Below are positions 9,230 to 18,061 of a DNA stretch of 26,375 bases, piece after piece (the stretch's first letter is position 1; every line of letters begins with the position of its first letter). The notes beneath the pieces were generated by a model. The model saw only the letters and a program-made list of their open reading frames with translations. It was not told the DNA's origin and ran no database searches. The position numbers and the translations under genes are program-made. Source of the DNA: Thermotogota bacterium (GTDB taxonomy: Bacteria > Thermotogota > Thermotogae > Petrotogales > Kosmotogaceae); the NCBI GenBank assembly GCA_034660555.1, contig JAYEJL010000010.1, positions 1 through 26,375 on the forward strand. Reading direction: 5' to 3'.

Positions 9230-10683
9230 ACAGGGTTAACCGCCTTGTCTATTCTTCTAATAACCTCATTTCTCCCCAAAAGATATATAATATCGATCAA
9301 TTCAGGTCCTTCTTCTTTACCTGTTAAAACCTTTCTTAAGTTATGATAAAAATCCTTCTTTGACGGTTCTTTCGTCTTTATAGCTTCTTTAACGACACTG
9401 ATAATTGACGATTGATTCCAGCTATCAACATGATCAAGGTTACTCCTCATAATAGCCAGAGCACCGCTTACTCTTTTTTCATTGTCTTCTTCGATTGTTA
9501 TTTTTTCGTAATCCGGTTCATCAAAATAAATGGAGAGTTTTTGCGCAATTCCATCCAGTGTTTCTGCATTTTTTCTAACCGAGTCTACTGCCTTTTTAAG
9601 CCATTTTTCATTTGATTCAATTTCCTGTTCTTTCAGCAATCCAGACTTTACAAGGAATGGTTTTGAAAGCTCTGCTATTCTCTCCAGTGATAGCTCTCTT
9701 ATATAGACACCGTTCATCCATCTAGCTTTGTCTTCATCAAATATGGCAGGACTTGAATGAAGTCGTTCAATTGTAAACATTTTAATAATCTCATTGATAT
9801 CCATTATCTCTTTTCCATCAGGATGTGACCACCCCAATAGTGATAGATAATTTGTGAAGGCTTCAGGAATAAATCCTTTTTCTTTAAATTCTTCGACAGA
9901 AGTTGCCCCATGTCTCTTTGATAATTTCTTCCCATCAGGACCAAGTATCATTGAAATGTGAGCAAATGTAGGTGGATTAACTCCCAGTGCTTCGTAAATA
10001 ACCAGTTGTTTCAACGTATTTGAAAGATGATCATCACCTCTTATCACATGTGTGATCTCCATATCTATATCATCAACAACCACAGCAAAATTGTATATGG
10101 GCAATCCCGATGATCTCATAATCACAAAATCACCTAGGGCACCCTTTTTAAATGTCACTTTACCCTTTACCATATCTACTATGCTGTAGTCTCTTCTTGG
10201 CATCTTGAAAAAGACTACCGGAGAAATGCCCTTAGATTTAAATGCCTCCCGTCGTTCTTTGTTATCAAACCCAGAAAACATTTCTTTTTCATAATGGGGT
10301 GGTTTTCCTTCAGAAAGCAATTTGTTTTTAATCTCTTCAATCTCTTCTGGATAAGCAAATACTTCATAAGCATTTCCATTTTCAAGTAGTTTTTGTACAG
10401 CTTTTTGATATTTATCCTGTCTTTCGCTCTGTCTATAAGGACCAAAAGGACCACCAACATCGGGTCCTTCATCCCACGTTATCCCCAACCACATTAAAGC
10501 ATTCATTAATTGTTCTTCAGATTCCTTTGTTGAACGTTCAACATCAGTATCCTCTATTCTTAAAATGAATTTTCCATCATTGTGTTTTGCGCAAAAGAAA
10601 TTAAAAAGTGCCGTTCTGGCTCCACCAACATGTAAAAAACCTGTTGGACTGGGGGCAAATCTTACTCTAATCAAATCAGTCAC
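9226..10683 (-). CDS. gltX: Glutamate--tRNA ligase
   Basis: RVRFAPSPTGFLHVGG, RIEDTD, PYRQSER, ITHVIRGDDH, KLSKRHGA. No Zn-binding Cys cluster. Confidence 0.97.
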   Translation of the reverse strand: MTDLIRVRFAPSPTGFLHVGGARTALFNFFCAKHNDGKFILRIEDTDVERSTKESEEQLMNALMWLGITWDEGPDVGGPFGPYRQSERQDKYQKAVQKLLENGNAYEVFAYPEEIEEIKNKLLSEGKPPHYEKEMFSGFDNKERREAFKSKGISPVVFFKMPRRDYSIVDMVKGKVTFKKGALGDFVIMRSSGLPIYNFAVVVDDIDMEITHVIRGDDHLSNTLKQLVIYEALGVNPPTFAHISMILGPDGKKLSKRHGATSVEEFKEKGFIPEAFTNYLSLLGWSHPDGKEIMDINEIIKMFTIERLHSSPAIFDEDKARWMNGVYIRELSLERIAELSKPFLVKSGLLKEQEIESNEKWLKKAVDSVRKNAETLDGIAQKLSIYFDEPDYEKITIEEDNEKRVSGALAIMRSNLDHVDSWNQSSIISVVKEAIKTKEPSKKDFYHNLRKVLTGKEEGPELIDIIYLLGRNEVIRRIDKAVNPV

Positions 10684-11200
10684 CTTCCTTTAGTTTTACA
10701 GCAAATAGTATACCAGCAATCGTTTTTGAGTCTTTAATATCTCCATTTTTTATTCTTTTCAGGCATTCTACGATTGATAATTCAACCACATCAACAAATT
10801 CACCGGGGTCAGGTTGTGGTTCTCCATGATCCTTAACATCAGCTTTAAATATGTGTATAACCTCATCACTAAAACCTGGAGAGGTATAAATCTCCGTTAA
10901 CTTTTCGATGTTTTTGCAGCTATAACCTGTTTCTTCTTTTACCTCTCTTGTCGCACAATTAAGAGGTTCTTCATTTTCCAGTCTTCCGGCGGGAATCTCC
11001 AAAACCCTTTTACCCAAAGGGAATCTAAATTGTTCAACCAGCACGATCCTGTTTTCATTAAACAAAACAACACCAACAGCTCCCGAAAACCGTGCAACTT
11101 CTCTTGAAGCAATTGTATTATCTATTAACTTCACTTTATATTTCTCAATATTAAGAATATTTCCTCGAAAAATGGTCTTTTTCTCTACTTCTTTTTCCAT
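10676..11200 (-). CDS. NUDIX hydrolase, ADP-ribose pyrophosphatase (NudF-like)
   Basis: LVEQFRFP, LEIPAG...REVKEETGY (Nudix box), YTSPGFSDE, DSKT. ATG 11200 preferred (SD GGAGTGA 5 nt upstream); GTG 11209 is the alternative. Confidence 0.88.
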   Translation of the reverse strand: MEKEVEKKTIFRGNILNIEKYKVKLIDNTIASREVARFSGAVGVVLFNENRIVLVEQFRFPLGKRVLEIPAGRLENEEPLNCATREVKEETGYSCKNIEKLTEIYTSPGFSDEVIHIFKADVKDHGEPQPDPGEFVDVVELSIVECLKRIKNGDIKDSKTIAGILFAVKLKEGD

Positions 11201-11205
11201 TTTTT

Positions 11206-11586
11206 TCACTCCATTTCAAATCTCATAGGCAATAACTCAAATACCGTTGTGTTTATTGTCTTTCCCTCGCCAACAAGAAACACCTCAAAATCGCCAAACT
11301 CAGCCATGAACTGCCTACAAGCTCCACAGGGAGAAATGGGATCTTTTCTGTTGCTCGTTATAGCAATGGCCGCAAATGATCGATATCCTGCTGATACAGC
11401 ACTAACCATAGCACTTCTTTCAGCACACATGGATAATCCTATAGATGAATTCTCAACATTAACACCAGTAAAAATAGTTCCATCATCCGTTAACAATGCT
11501 GCTGCCACTTTAAGATTTGAATATGGAGAATATGAATTTTTTAGAACTGAACGAGCTTTCTCAATCAAAATCTTCTTTTTGTTCAT
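11206..11586 (-). CDS. cdd: Cytidine deaminase (homotetrameric type)
   Basis: YSPYS, GVNVEN, CAERSA, PCGACRQ (zinc motifs), ELLP. Start placed at ATG 11586 (MNKKK). Confidence 0.95.
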   Translation of the reverse strand: MNKKKILIEKARSVLKNSYSPYSNLKVAAALLTDDGTIFTGVNVENSSIGLSMCAERSAMVSAVSAGYRSFAAIAITSNRKDPISPCGACRQFMAEFGDFEVFLVGEGKTINTTVFELLPMRFEME

Positions 11587-12922
11587 TTTCTTCCTTCTTT
11601 CTATTAACATACAATTTGATTTTTTCTATTCGGTTTTTTGTAACAGCCATTATTTCAAATCTGAATCCATTTATCTCAATTTCTTCTTCAAGTCTTGGAA
11701 ATCGTTCAAGTACTTCCAGCAAATAGCCACCAATCGTTTCAAAATCAGTTTCTGGAAATTCCACATCAAGTTCTCTTTCAATATCGTTAATGGGTATCAT
11801 ACCATCGACAATATATTCATCCTCATCAACTTTTCTTATCGTAAGTTCTTCTGATTCAACATCATATTCATCAAGTATTTCACCGGTGAACTCTTCTAAA
11901 ATATCTTCAAGGGTTACTATTCCACCTGTACCACCGTATTCATCAATTACAACGGCCAGATGTATCTTCCTCTTCTTGAATTCTCTCATTAAGTCATCAA
12001 GCTTTTTTGTTTCCGGGATGAAGTAAGGTGGTCTCATGATTTCCTTTACCGGTTTGTTCAATAGCAATTCCTCTTCAGATTCGTTTGAAAAAAATATAAA
12101 AAGATCCTTGGCGTAACATATCCCTACAACTCGATCTATATTTGTTCTGTAAATAGGTATTCTAGAATAACCTTCTTCTCTTACCACTTTTATGAATTCG
12201 CGAATTGAAGTATTCTCATCAACGCATACAATTTCTACCCTTGGTGTCATTATTTCCTTTACCGAGATCTCTTTCAATTCAAGAGATCGTTTCATCATAA
12301 TTCTTTCCTCAGCCTGCAATATTCCATCTTCGTGTCCATAATCAACTGCGGAAACTATTTCTCCTTCAGTAATAAAAGGTGTTTCATTCATTCTTTTCCC
12401 GCCAAGGATTACTATGAAAATATTAGATATCTGCATTAATACCCATATTACAGGTCTCAGAATCTTCGATAAAACAAAAATGATTACACTTACTTTGGGC
12501 ACCAGTTTTTCCGAATTTTCTCTTGAAAATATTTTGGGTGTTATTTCACCAAAAACCAGAATCAAGAAAGTCATGACTCCTGTAACAATTGCAGCTGCTA
12601 TGCCCTGTGGACTATCAGGTAATAGTTGTAGCGTTAATAAAGTAGCATCAGAGGATGCAAGGATATTTACTAGATTATTCATGACCAGTATTACTGTCAG
12701 TACTCTGTTAGGTCTTACAAGTGCCATGTGTAATGCTTTTTTCTTTAACCTTCCCTTTTCTTTTTCAATTAACTTTCTCAGTTTCAGTTTACTTATATAG
12801 GTAAGAGCAGTTTCAGAACCTGAAAATAACCCCGAAAGAAAAAGTAAAAACACGAGGAAAAGCAAATTTAATATAATAGACAAAGGATCTCCAGTACTAC
12901 CAGGGTCTCCCACTGTAGTCAA
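11561..12922 (-). CDS. CNNM/DUF21-CBS-CorC_HlyC family transporter ('hemolysin', putative Mg2+/Co2+ exporter)
   Basis: FSGSETAL, NNLVN, FGEITPK, EIMTPRVEI, GYSRIPIY, VIDEYGGTGGIVTLEDILEE, ETIGGY. Start is ambiguous (TTG 12922 or GTG 12913). Confidence 0.92.
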   Translation of the reverse strand: MTTVGDPGSTGDPLSIILNLLFLVFLLFLSGLFSGSETALTYISKLKLRKLIEKEKGRLKKKALHMALVRPNRVLTVILVMNNLVNILASSDATLLTLQLLPDSPQGIAAAIVTGVMTFLILVFGEITPKIFSRENSEKLVPKVSVIIFVLSKILRPVIWVLMQISNIFIVILGGKRMNETPFITEGEIVSAVDYGHEDGILQAEERIMMKRSLELKEISVKEIMTPRVEIVCVDENTSIREFIKVVREEGYSRIPIYRTNIDRVVGICYAKDLFIFFSNESEEELLLNKPVKEIMRPPYFIPETKKLDDLMREFKKRKIHLAVVIDEYGGTGGIVTLEDILEEFTGEILDEYDVESEELTIRKVDEDEYIVDGMIPINDIERELDVEFPETDFETIGGYLLEVLERFPRLEEEIEINGFRFEIMAVTKNRIEKIKLYVNRKKEENEQKEDFD

Positions 12923-12934
12923 ACACCTCCAAAA

Positions 12935-13402
12935 TTAGTAATGATAACTCTTTCCAACTATTATCGTTTCAGCTCTGTAAATTTGTTCCAATAAAAAAAG
13001 GAGAGCCATTTCATGGGTTAATGTCATCGGTGATAACGATAAGCGTTTCCAGTTCTTTTCATAAATTTCCTTTGAAAAACCAAAAGCTCCACCTATAATG
13101 AAATTCAATTTTTCTCTACCACTATTCTGCCACGTTTTAATAAAAGTTGCAAATTGCGATGATGTCCGAAGCTCACCACGGACATCTAAAAGTACTTTTC
13201 TTGAGTCTTTTTCCAGATTCTTTAAAATACTCTCTGATTCTATTCTTTTCGTTTCATCAATACTTTTTGATTTTTTATTAACAGCCTCAATTATATTTAT
13301 GTTCAGATTCAAATATGGTTTTATCCAGGTTATATACCTCTTTATGCCGGCCTTTATAAAAGGCGTTTTTGGTTTGCCTACAATAAATATTTCAGCATTC
13401 AT
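12935..13402 (-). CDS. rlmH: 23S rRNA (pseudouridine1915-N3)-methyltransferase RlmH
   Basis: VGK at N-terminus, LLDVRG, FIIGGAFG, LSLSPMTLTHEMA, EQIYRA, C-terminal YH. Confidence 0.95.
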   Translation of the reverse strand: MNAEIFIVGKPKTPFIKAGIKRYITWIKPYLNLNINIIEAVNKKSKSIDETKRIESESILKNLEKDSRKVLLDVRGELRTSSQFATFIKTWQNSGREKLNFIIGGAFGFSKEIYEKNWKRLSLSPMTLTHEMALLFLLEQIYRAETIIVGKSYHY

Positions 13403-14612
13403 TAGTAATCAGTTCACCGCTTTTAACGACACTATGAACAATGTCTTGAGAAAACATATAGGGTATTTCTCTGTAACTATTTAAATCCAGAATGACCAGG
13501 TCAGCATCATAATTTGGTTTTATTCGTCCTTTTCTATGTTCAATCCCCAACACGTAAGAGGAATTCACTGTATAGGCAGTAAGGGCTTCTTCAACAGTCA
13601 GCCCACATCTTGTAGTAGCCAGATGAATAACAAACAATGGATCAAAAATATTTGAAGAGCCTGGATTGAAATCAGAAGCAAGTCCCAGTATACAATTTTC
13701 ATCTATCAATTGCCTGCCTGAAGCATATTTTTCATTCAGGAAAAAAGAGGTAGCAGGTAATATGACAGAAGCGGTATTACTATTTCCAAGTGCACGAATT
13801 GTCTCAATATCTGCTGAGATCAAATGATCAGCCGAAATCGCTCCTAACTTAACAGCAAGTTTCCCAGCACCTGATTCAGCAAGTTCATCAGCATGTAGCC
13901 TTAATCTAAAACCTTTTCTTATAAATTTCTTCAAAAAAGGCTCCACAAGTTCAGGCTCAAAAACACCCTTTTCACAAAAAACATCAGCAGTGTCTGTAAA
14001 CTCATATACGACATCGATGTAAGTCAATATTTCATCTAGATATTCTTTCTTATTGCTGTATTCGGCCGGCAAAGCGTGAGCGCCAAGAAATGTTGAAACC
14101 ACATCAACCTTTGAAAGCCTATTGAGTTCATCTAAAACTGAAAGTTGCTTTAATTCTGTCTCTTTATTGAGACCATAACCACTTTTTCCCTCCACAGTTG
14201 TCACTCCATGGAGTAGCATCTTCTTAAGCTTTCTTAAATTACAGTCAATTAGCGTTTCTTCACTTGCTTCTCTTACTTCTTTAACAGTTGAAAGGATTCC
14301 TCCACCTTTTTCCATTATCTCCATGTAACTTGATCCCTGCTGTCTCATAAGAAATTCATCACTACGGCTTCCTACAAAAGGAATGTGTGTATGGCAATCT
14401 ACAAATCCAGGTAATGCCGCTCTTCCTTCTAAATCAATCACTTTACTGGCTTCGATTTCCTCCTGGCCCACATAACTGATTTTTCCACTGATAATGCCAA
14501 CATTTACGTTTTTTTTAACATCTATATTATTCATTTCTTTTCCTCTGAGAACAGATTGCCCTCCAGGAGATGCAAGTTCTCCAATTTTCTTCAGTAATAA
14601 ATCAACCTTCAT
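13392..14612 (-). CDS. hutI: Imidazolonepropionase
   Basis: PGFVDCHTH, GSRSDEF, SYMEIMEKGGGI, EGKSGYGL, TFLGAH, DVFCE, LHADEL, SADHL, ASDFNPGS. Confidence 0.96.
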   Translation of the reverse strand: MKVDLLLKKIGELASPGGQSVLRGKEMNNIDVKKNVNVGIISGKISYVGQEEIEASKVIDLEGRAALPGFVDCHTHIPFVGSRSDEFLMRQQGSSYMEIMEKGGGILSTVKEVREASEETLIDCNLRKLKKMLLHGVTTVEGKSGYGLNKETELKQLSVLDELNRLSKVDVVSTFLGAHALPAEYSNKKEYLDEILTYIDVVYEFTDTADVFCEKGVFEPELVEPFLKKFIRKGFRLRLHADELAESGAGKLAVKLGAISADHLISADIETIRALGNSNTASVILPATSFFLNEKYASGRQLIDENCILGLASDFNPGSSNIFDPLFVIHLATTRCGLTVEEALTAYTVNSSYVLGIEHRKGRIKPNYDADLVILDLNSYREIPYMFSQDIVHSVVKSGELITNEC

Positions 14613-15516
14613 CCTTCATCAATTCCTCCATAATCTTATGCTCGATTATGTTCTTCATATCAAAACCTTCCAGCTTCAAATAAAAATCTGCTACATCTAC
14701 AAGTGCATCCAGTGGTACCATTCCAACAATTTCAGATCCCAAAACAGGAACTCCGTAACGTTCAGCTTCAAGCTTTATCAATTCAAAAACTCTATGAATT
14801 TTAGACTTTTTGTAATTTGTTAGATTCATTGATACCTGAACAATGCCTCTTTCTTCCAGCGCAAAGCCTAACGCTTTAACATACCGAAAACCACCACTGA
14901 TATGCCTTACCGCTCTTGCAATCCTTTTAGCGATATCAATATTATCGGTGCCGAGATTGACGTTATAAGCAATTAAAAATTCACGGCAACCAACAGCGGT
15001 AACTCCAGCACTGGGATGAATCTCCACTTTTCCGTAATCAGGTTTCCATTCTTCCTTCTTTATTTTATCTTTAAAACCTTCAAATTCTCCTTTTCTGATC
15101 TTTGAAAGGTTCTTTCTTTCTTTGCTGGTAGCAGATTTTTCATATAGATAAACCGGGATTTTCAATTCATCAGCTATCCTCTTTCCAAGAACCTTTGAAA
15201 GCTTTATACATTCTTCCTTCGTTACATTGTTTATGGGAACAAGTGGAACAACATCGGTTGCGCCCATTCGAGGATGTTCACCTGAATGTTCTCTTAAATC
15301 TATGGTTTCTGACGCTTTCTTGGTCATATTGAAAAGCACATCAAGCGTGGGGTCTACTTCACCTACCAGAGTCACTACTGAACGATTATGATCGGGGTCG
15401 CTTGAATAATTAAGAATCATGACTCCTTTAACCTTACGCGCTTCCTCAACTATTGCTTCAACAATCTCTTTTCTTTTCCCTTCACTAAAATTAGGAACGG
15501 ACTCTATTAATTTCAT
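14602..15516 (-). CDS. ftcD: Glutamate formimidoyltransferase (stand-alone FT domain)
   Basis: ESVPNFSEG, DPDHNRSV, HSGEHPRMGATDVVP, LIAYNVNL, VQVSMNL, GSEIVG; SD AGGAGGT upstream. Confidence 0.95.
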   Translation of the reverse strand: MKLIESVPNFSEGKRKEIVEAIVEEARKVKGVMILNYSSDPDHNRSVVTLVGEVDPTLDVLFNMTKKASETIDLREHSGEHPRMGATDVVPLVPINNVTKEECIKLSKVLGKRIADELKIPVYLYEKSATSKERKNLSKIRKGEFEGFKDKIKKEEWKPDYGKVEIHPSAGVTAVGCREFLIAYNVNLGTDNIDIAKRIARAVRHISGGFRYVKALGFALEERGIVQVSMNLTNYKKSKIHRVFELIKLEAERYGVPVLGSEIVGMVPLDALVDVADFYLKLEGFDMKNIIEHKIMEELMKDEG

Positions 15517-15554
15517 CTGACTATACCTCCTTAATAATACTGTTTCTCGTATAA

Positions 15555-15563
15555 ATTATATCA
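15555..15563 (-). promoter_or_regulatory. Extended -10 promoter element for the ftcD...cysS operon
   Basis: Minus strand reads TGATATAAT (TGnTATAAT), ~40 nt upstream of the ftcD ATG. No clear -35. Confidence 0.6.
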
Positions 15564-15619
15564 GACTGGCCTTTTAAACTACCGTGATAAACTATTAAGC
15601 AACCCAAATTAACTTTATT

Positions 15620-15628
15620 TGATATAAT
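15620..15628 (+). promoter_or_regulatory. Extended -10 promoter element for the DUF2520-panB operon
   Basis: TGATATAAT just upstream of SD AGGAGTGA (15637-15644). Confidence 0.62.
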
Positions 15629-15649
15629 TTCAGTATAGGAGTGAGCTGC

Positions 15650-16474
15650 ATGAGATTTTCGTTGATCGGTGCAGGTAAAACAGGTAGTTTGTTTACATCA
15701 TTTTTAGTATCTAAAGGTTATAAGATTGATTATATAATCGATAAAGACCCGGGAAAAGCCAAAGTACTGGTTAAATACTTAAATGCCGGCAAAGTTGCTG
15801 ATTCAAATAGCTTTCCTCTACTTAAAGGAACTGTTTTGATAGCGGTTAAGGATGATGAAATTCGAAAAGTGTTTGAGCAACTCTGGGAATCCAACAAAGA
15901 AATCGATAATTTTATTCACTTCAGCGGGGTACTGACAAGCGAGATTTTTGAGGAAGCAAAAAAAGCGAAAAAGGGTACTGTTAGCCTTCATCCAAATCTT
16001 TCAATAAAAAAACGATTTATGGAACCGAAAGTGCTTAATAACACAACATTTGGTGTTGAAGGTAATGAAAAGGGTATCTCCTTCATACGTGATTTTCTCA
16101 TTAATAATGGACTAAACTTTTATTTAATAGATAGAAGCAAAAAGATTTATTATCATAGTGCAGCTGTATTCGCATCTAATTTCACACAAATTCTTGCTTT
16201 GATTTCTCGAAAATTATATTTGGAAGCGGGAATAGACAAAAAAACAGCAAGCATTATAGTTGGACAGTTCCTCAAAGATTTAGTAGTAAAAAATGAAACA
16301 GAATCCCTGGAGAAAACTTTCACGGGGCCAGCAGTTAGAAATGATAAAAAGACTATACAGAATGAATCTGTTGCTCTAGAATCAATTGATCCAGATCTAT
16401 CATCTTTATATAAACAACTAACCGAATTGATCATTAGATATTCTTGTGGAGGTGATGAAAACGAATGTAAATAA
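15650..16474 (+). CDS. Rossmann-like + DUF2520 protein, putative ketopantoate reductase (PanG-type)
   Basis: IGAGKTG nucleotide-binding loop, IAVKDDEI, IHFSG, SLHP, YHSAAVFASNF, TGPAVRND; adjacent to panB. ATG 15650 preferred over GTG 15641, which lies inside the SD. Confidence 0.85.
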   Translation: MRFSLIGAGKTGSLFTSFLVSKGYKIDYIIDKDPGKAKVLVKYLNAGKVADSNSFPLLKGTVLIAVKDDEIRKVFEQLWESNKEIDNFIHFSGVLTSEIFEEAKKAKKGTVSLHPNLSIKKRFMEPKVLNNTTFGVEGNEKGISFIRDFLINNGLNFYLIDRSKKIYYHSAAVFASNFTQILALISRKLYLEAGIDKKTASIIVGQFLKDLVVKNETESLEKTFTGPAVRNDKKTIQNESVALESIDPDLSSLYKQLTELIIRYSCGGDENECK

Positions 16475-17252
16475 AATCATTTCATCAAAAGGAAAACGAA
16501 AGCTTTCCATGATAACCGCTTACAGTTTTTTTCAGGCGAAAATGGCAGAAGAAGCGGGTATGGACATTTTACTTGTGGGTGATTCTCTGGGAAATGTGAT
16601 GCTTGGCTACGAAAACACGCTTCCTGTATCAATTGATGAAATGAGCCTGGCAGTTCAAGCAACAAGAAGAGGAGCAAAAAAATCATTTATTGTCGCTGAT
16701 ATGCCTTTTCTTTCTTATCAATCTTCTATTTCAGAAGCAGTGAATAATGCGGGCCGGTTTCTTAAAGATGGAGCCAACGCCGTGAAAATTGAAGGTAGCG
16801 TAGAAGTAAAAACGATAATTAAAACGCTGGTTGATTATGGAATACCTGTTATGGGTCATATAGGACTAACACCCCAACAAATTAACAAGATTGGGACATA
16901 CAAAGTTCAAGGGAAAACTGAAAAGAGTAAAAACAGACTGATCGAAGAAGCTAAGATTATCGAAAATTCCGGTGCTTTCTCTTTGGTCCTCGAGCTTGTG
17001 GTTGAAGAAGTGGCAATGCAAATTACGAAAAAAATCAATATACCTACAATAGGTATAGGTGCAGGACAATATTGCGATGGACAGGTTCTGGTCTGGCACG
17101 ATTTACTTGGCATAAATACTGAATTTACTCCAAAATTCGTAAGAAGGTATGCAAACCTTCGGGAAGTTATAGTCAAATCACTTAAAGAATACATTTCCGA
17201 TGTAAATGAAGGCAGATTTCCGGCTGATGAAAATGTTTTTAAGGGGGAATAA
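16455..17252 (+). CDS. panB: 3-methyl-2-oxobutanoate hydroxymethyltransferase
   Basis: MITAY, LLVGDSLG, VADMPFLSY, AVKIEG, GHIGLTPQ, PTIGIGAG, DGQVLVWHD. Start uncertain: ATG 16455 or ACG 16461 (see findings). Confidence 0.96.
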   Translation: MKTNVNKIISSKGKRKLSMITAYSFFQAKMAEEAGMDILLVGDSLGNVMLGYENTLPVSIDEMSLAVQATRRGAKKSFIVADMPFLSYQSSISEAVNNAGRFLKDGANAVKIEGSVEVKTIIKTLVDYGIPVMGHIGLTPQQINKIGTYKVQGKTEKSKNRLIEEAKIIENSGAFSLVLELVVEEVAMQITKKINIPTIGIGAGQYCDGQVLVWHDLLGINTEFTPKFVRRYANLREVIVKSLKEYISDVNEGRFPADENVFKGE

Positions 17253-17254
17253 AA

Positions 17255-18061
17255 ATGAACTTTGATTGGATGGTAGTTATTAAAATCGTCATCTCGATAG
17301 GTATTTTTGTAACAGCGATAGTTCTGGCTAAGCTTGTTTTCAAAATTATCCAGAAAACTTACAAACAAAAAGAAAAAGAACTTTCTTCCCCCAATACTCT
17401 AAAATTGTTATTGAACATCTCTTTCATTACACTGGCAGTATTGATTATTTTGTCGGTACTTTTCAATAACCTCATTCCAGCACTAACAGGGCTTGGAATT
17501 GGTGGAATTGTTCTTGGGTTTGCTCTTCAAAGACCTCTTGAAAATGCAATATCGGGAATTTTCCTTTTGATTGGAAGAAATTTAAAGGAAGGCGATGTTG
17601 TAAAAATTGGGAATACAATTGGCGTTGTTGAAATAGTAAGCATAAACCATACATATGTAAATACATTTGACGGAAAGAAGATTCTTATTCCGAATACATT
17701 GGTGTGGTCCAACCCAATAACCCATTATTGGCCTACCAGTATTCGTAGAATGGAAATATCTGTGGGGATACCCTATGAAATTGAAGTGTCAAAGGCACTT
17801 TCAATTCTAAAAAATGTTATTGAAGAAGAACCGCTTATCGTTAAGCAAGATGTGAACAACATAGTTGCTTTTAAAGGGTTCGGTTCCTCCAGTATTGATT
17901 TTACCTTGTATTTCTGGTTTGATCGATCAAACTATTGGGAAGTACAAAATGCAGTTTCTTCACGAATCTATAGCGAATTAAAGAAAAATGGCATCGATAT
18001 ACCTTTTCCGCAGCTTGATTTGCATATAATCGACCAGCCTGAGATGAAAAGGGAGACATAA
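17255..18061 (+). CDS. Small-conductance mechanosensitive channel (MscS family)
   Basis: Three TM helices with GLGIGGIVLGFALQ..LEN.ISG, GDVVKIG, DGKKILIPN, FGSSSIDF, GIDIPFPQ. Confidence 0.93.
   Translation: MNFDWMVVIKIVISIGIFVTAIVLAKLVFKIIQKTYKQKEKELSSPNTLKLLLNISFITLAVLIILSVLFNNLIPALTGLGIGGIVLGFALQRPLENAISGIFLLIGRNLKEGDVVKIGNTIGVVEIVSINHTYVNTFDGKKILIPNTLVWSNPITHYWPTSIRRMEISVGIPYEIEVSKALSILKNVIEEEPLIVKQDVNNIVAFKGFGSSSIDFTLYFWFDRSNYWEVQNAVSSRIYSELKKNGIDIPFPQLDLHIIDQPEMKRET

Noticed and set aside
9226..10700. T-box riboswitch for gltX or cysS
   Set aside because: Both genes overlap their upstream neighbours, leaving no leader space.
10920..10990. Nudix box one residue short (GX4E instead of GX5E)
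   Set aside because: The catalytic REVKEETG is intact, and small loop-length variation is unremarkable.
11249..11854. 201-aa + strand ORF
   Set aside because: Antisense shadow of cdd and the CNNM gene; no SD or family motif.
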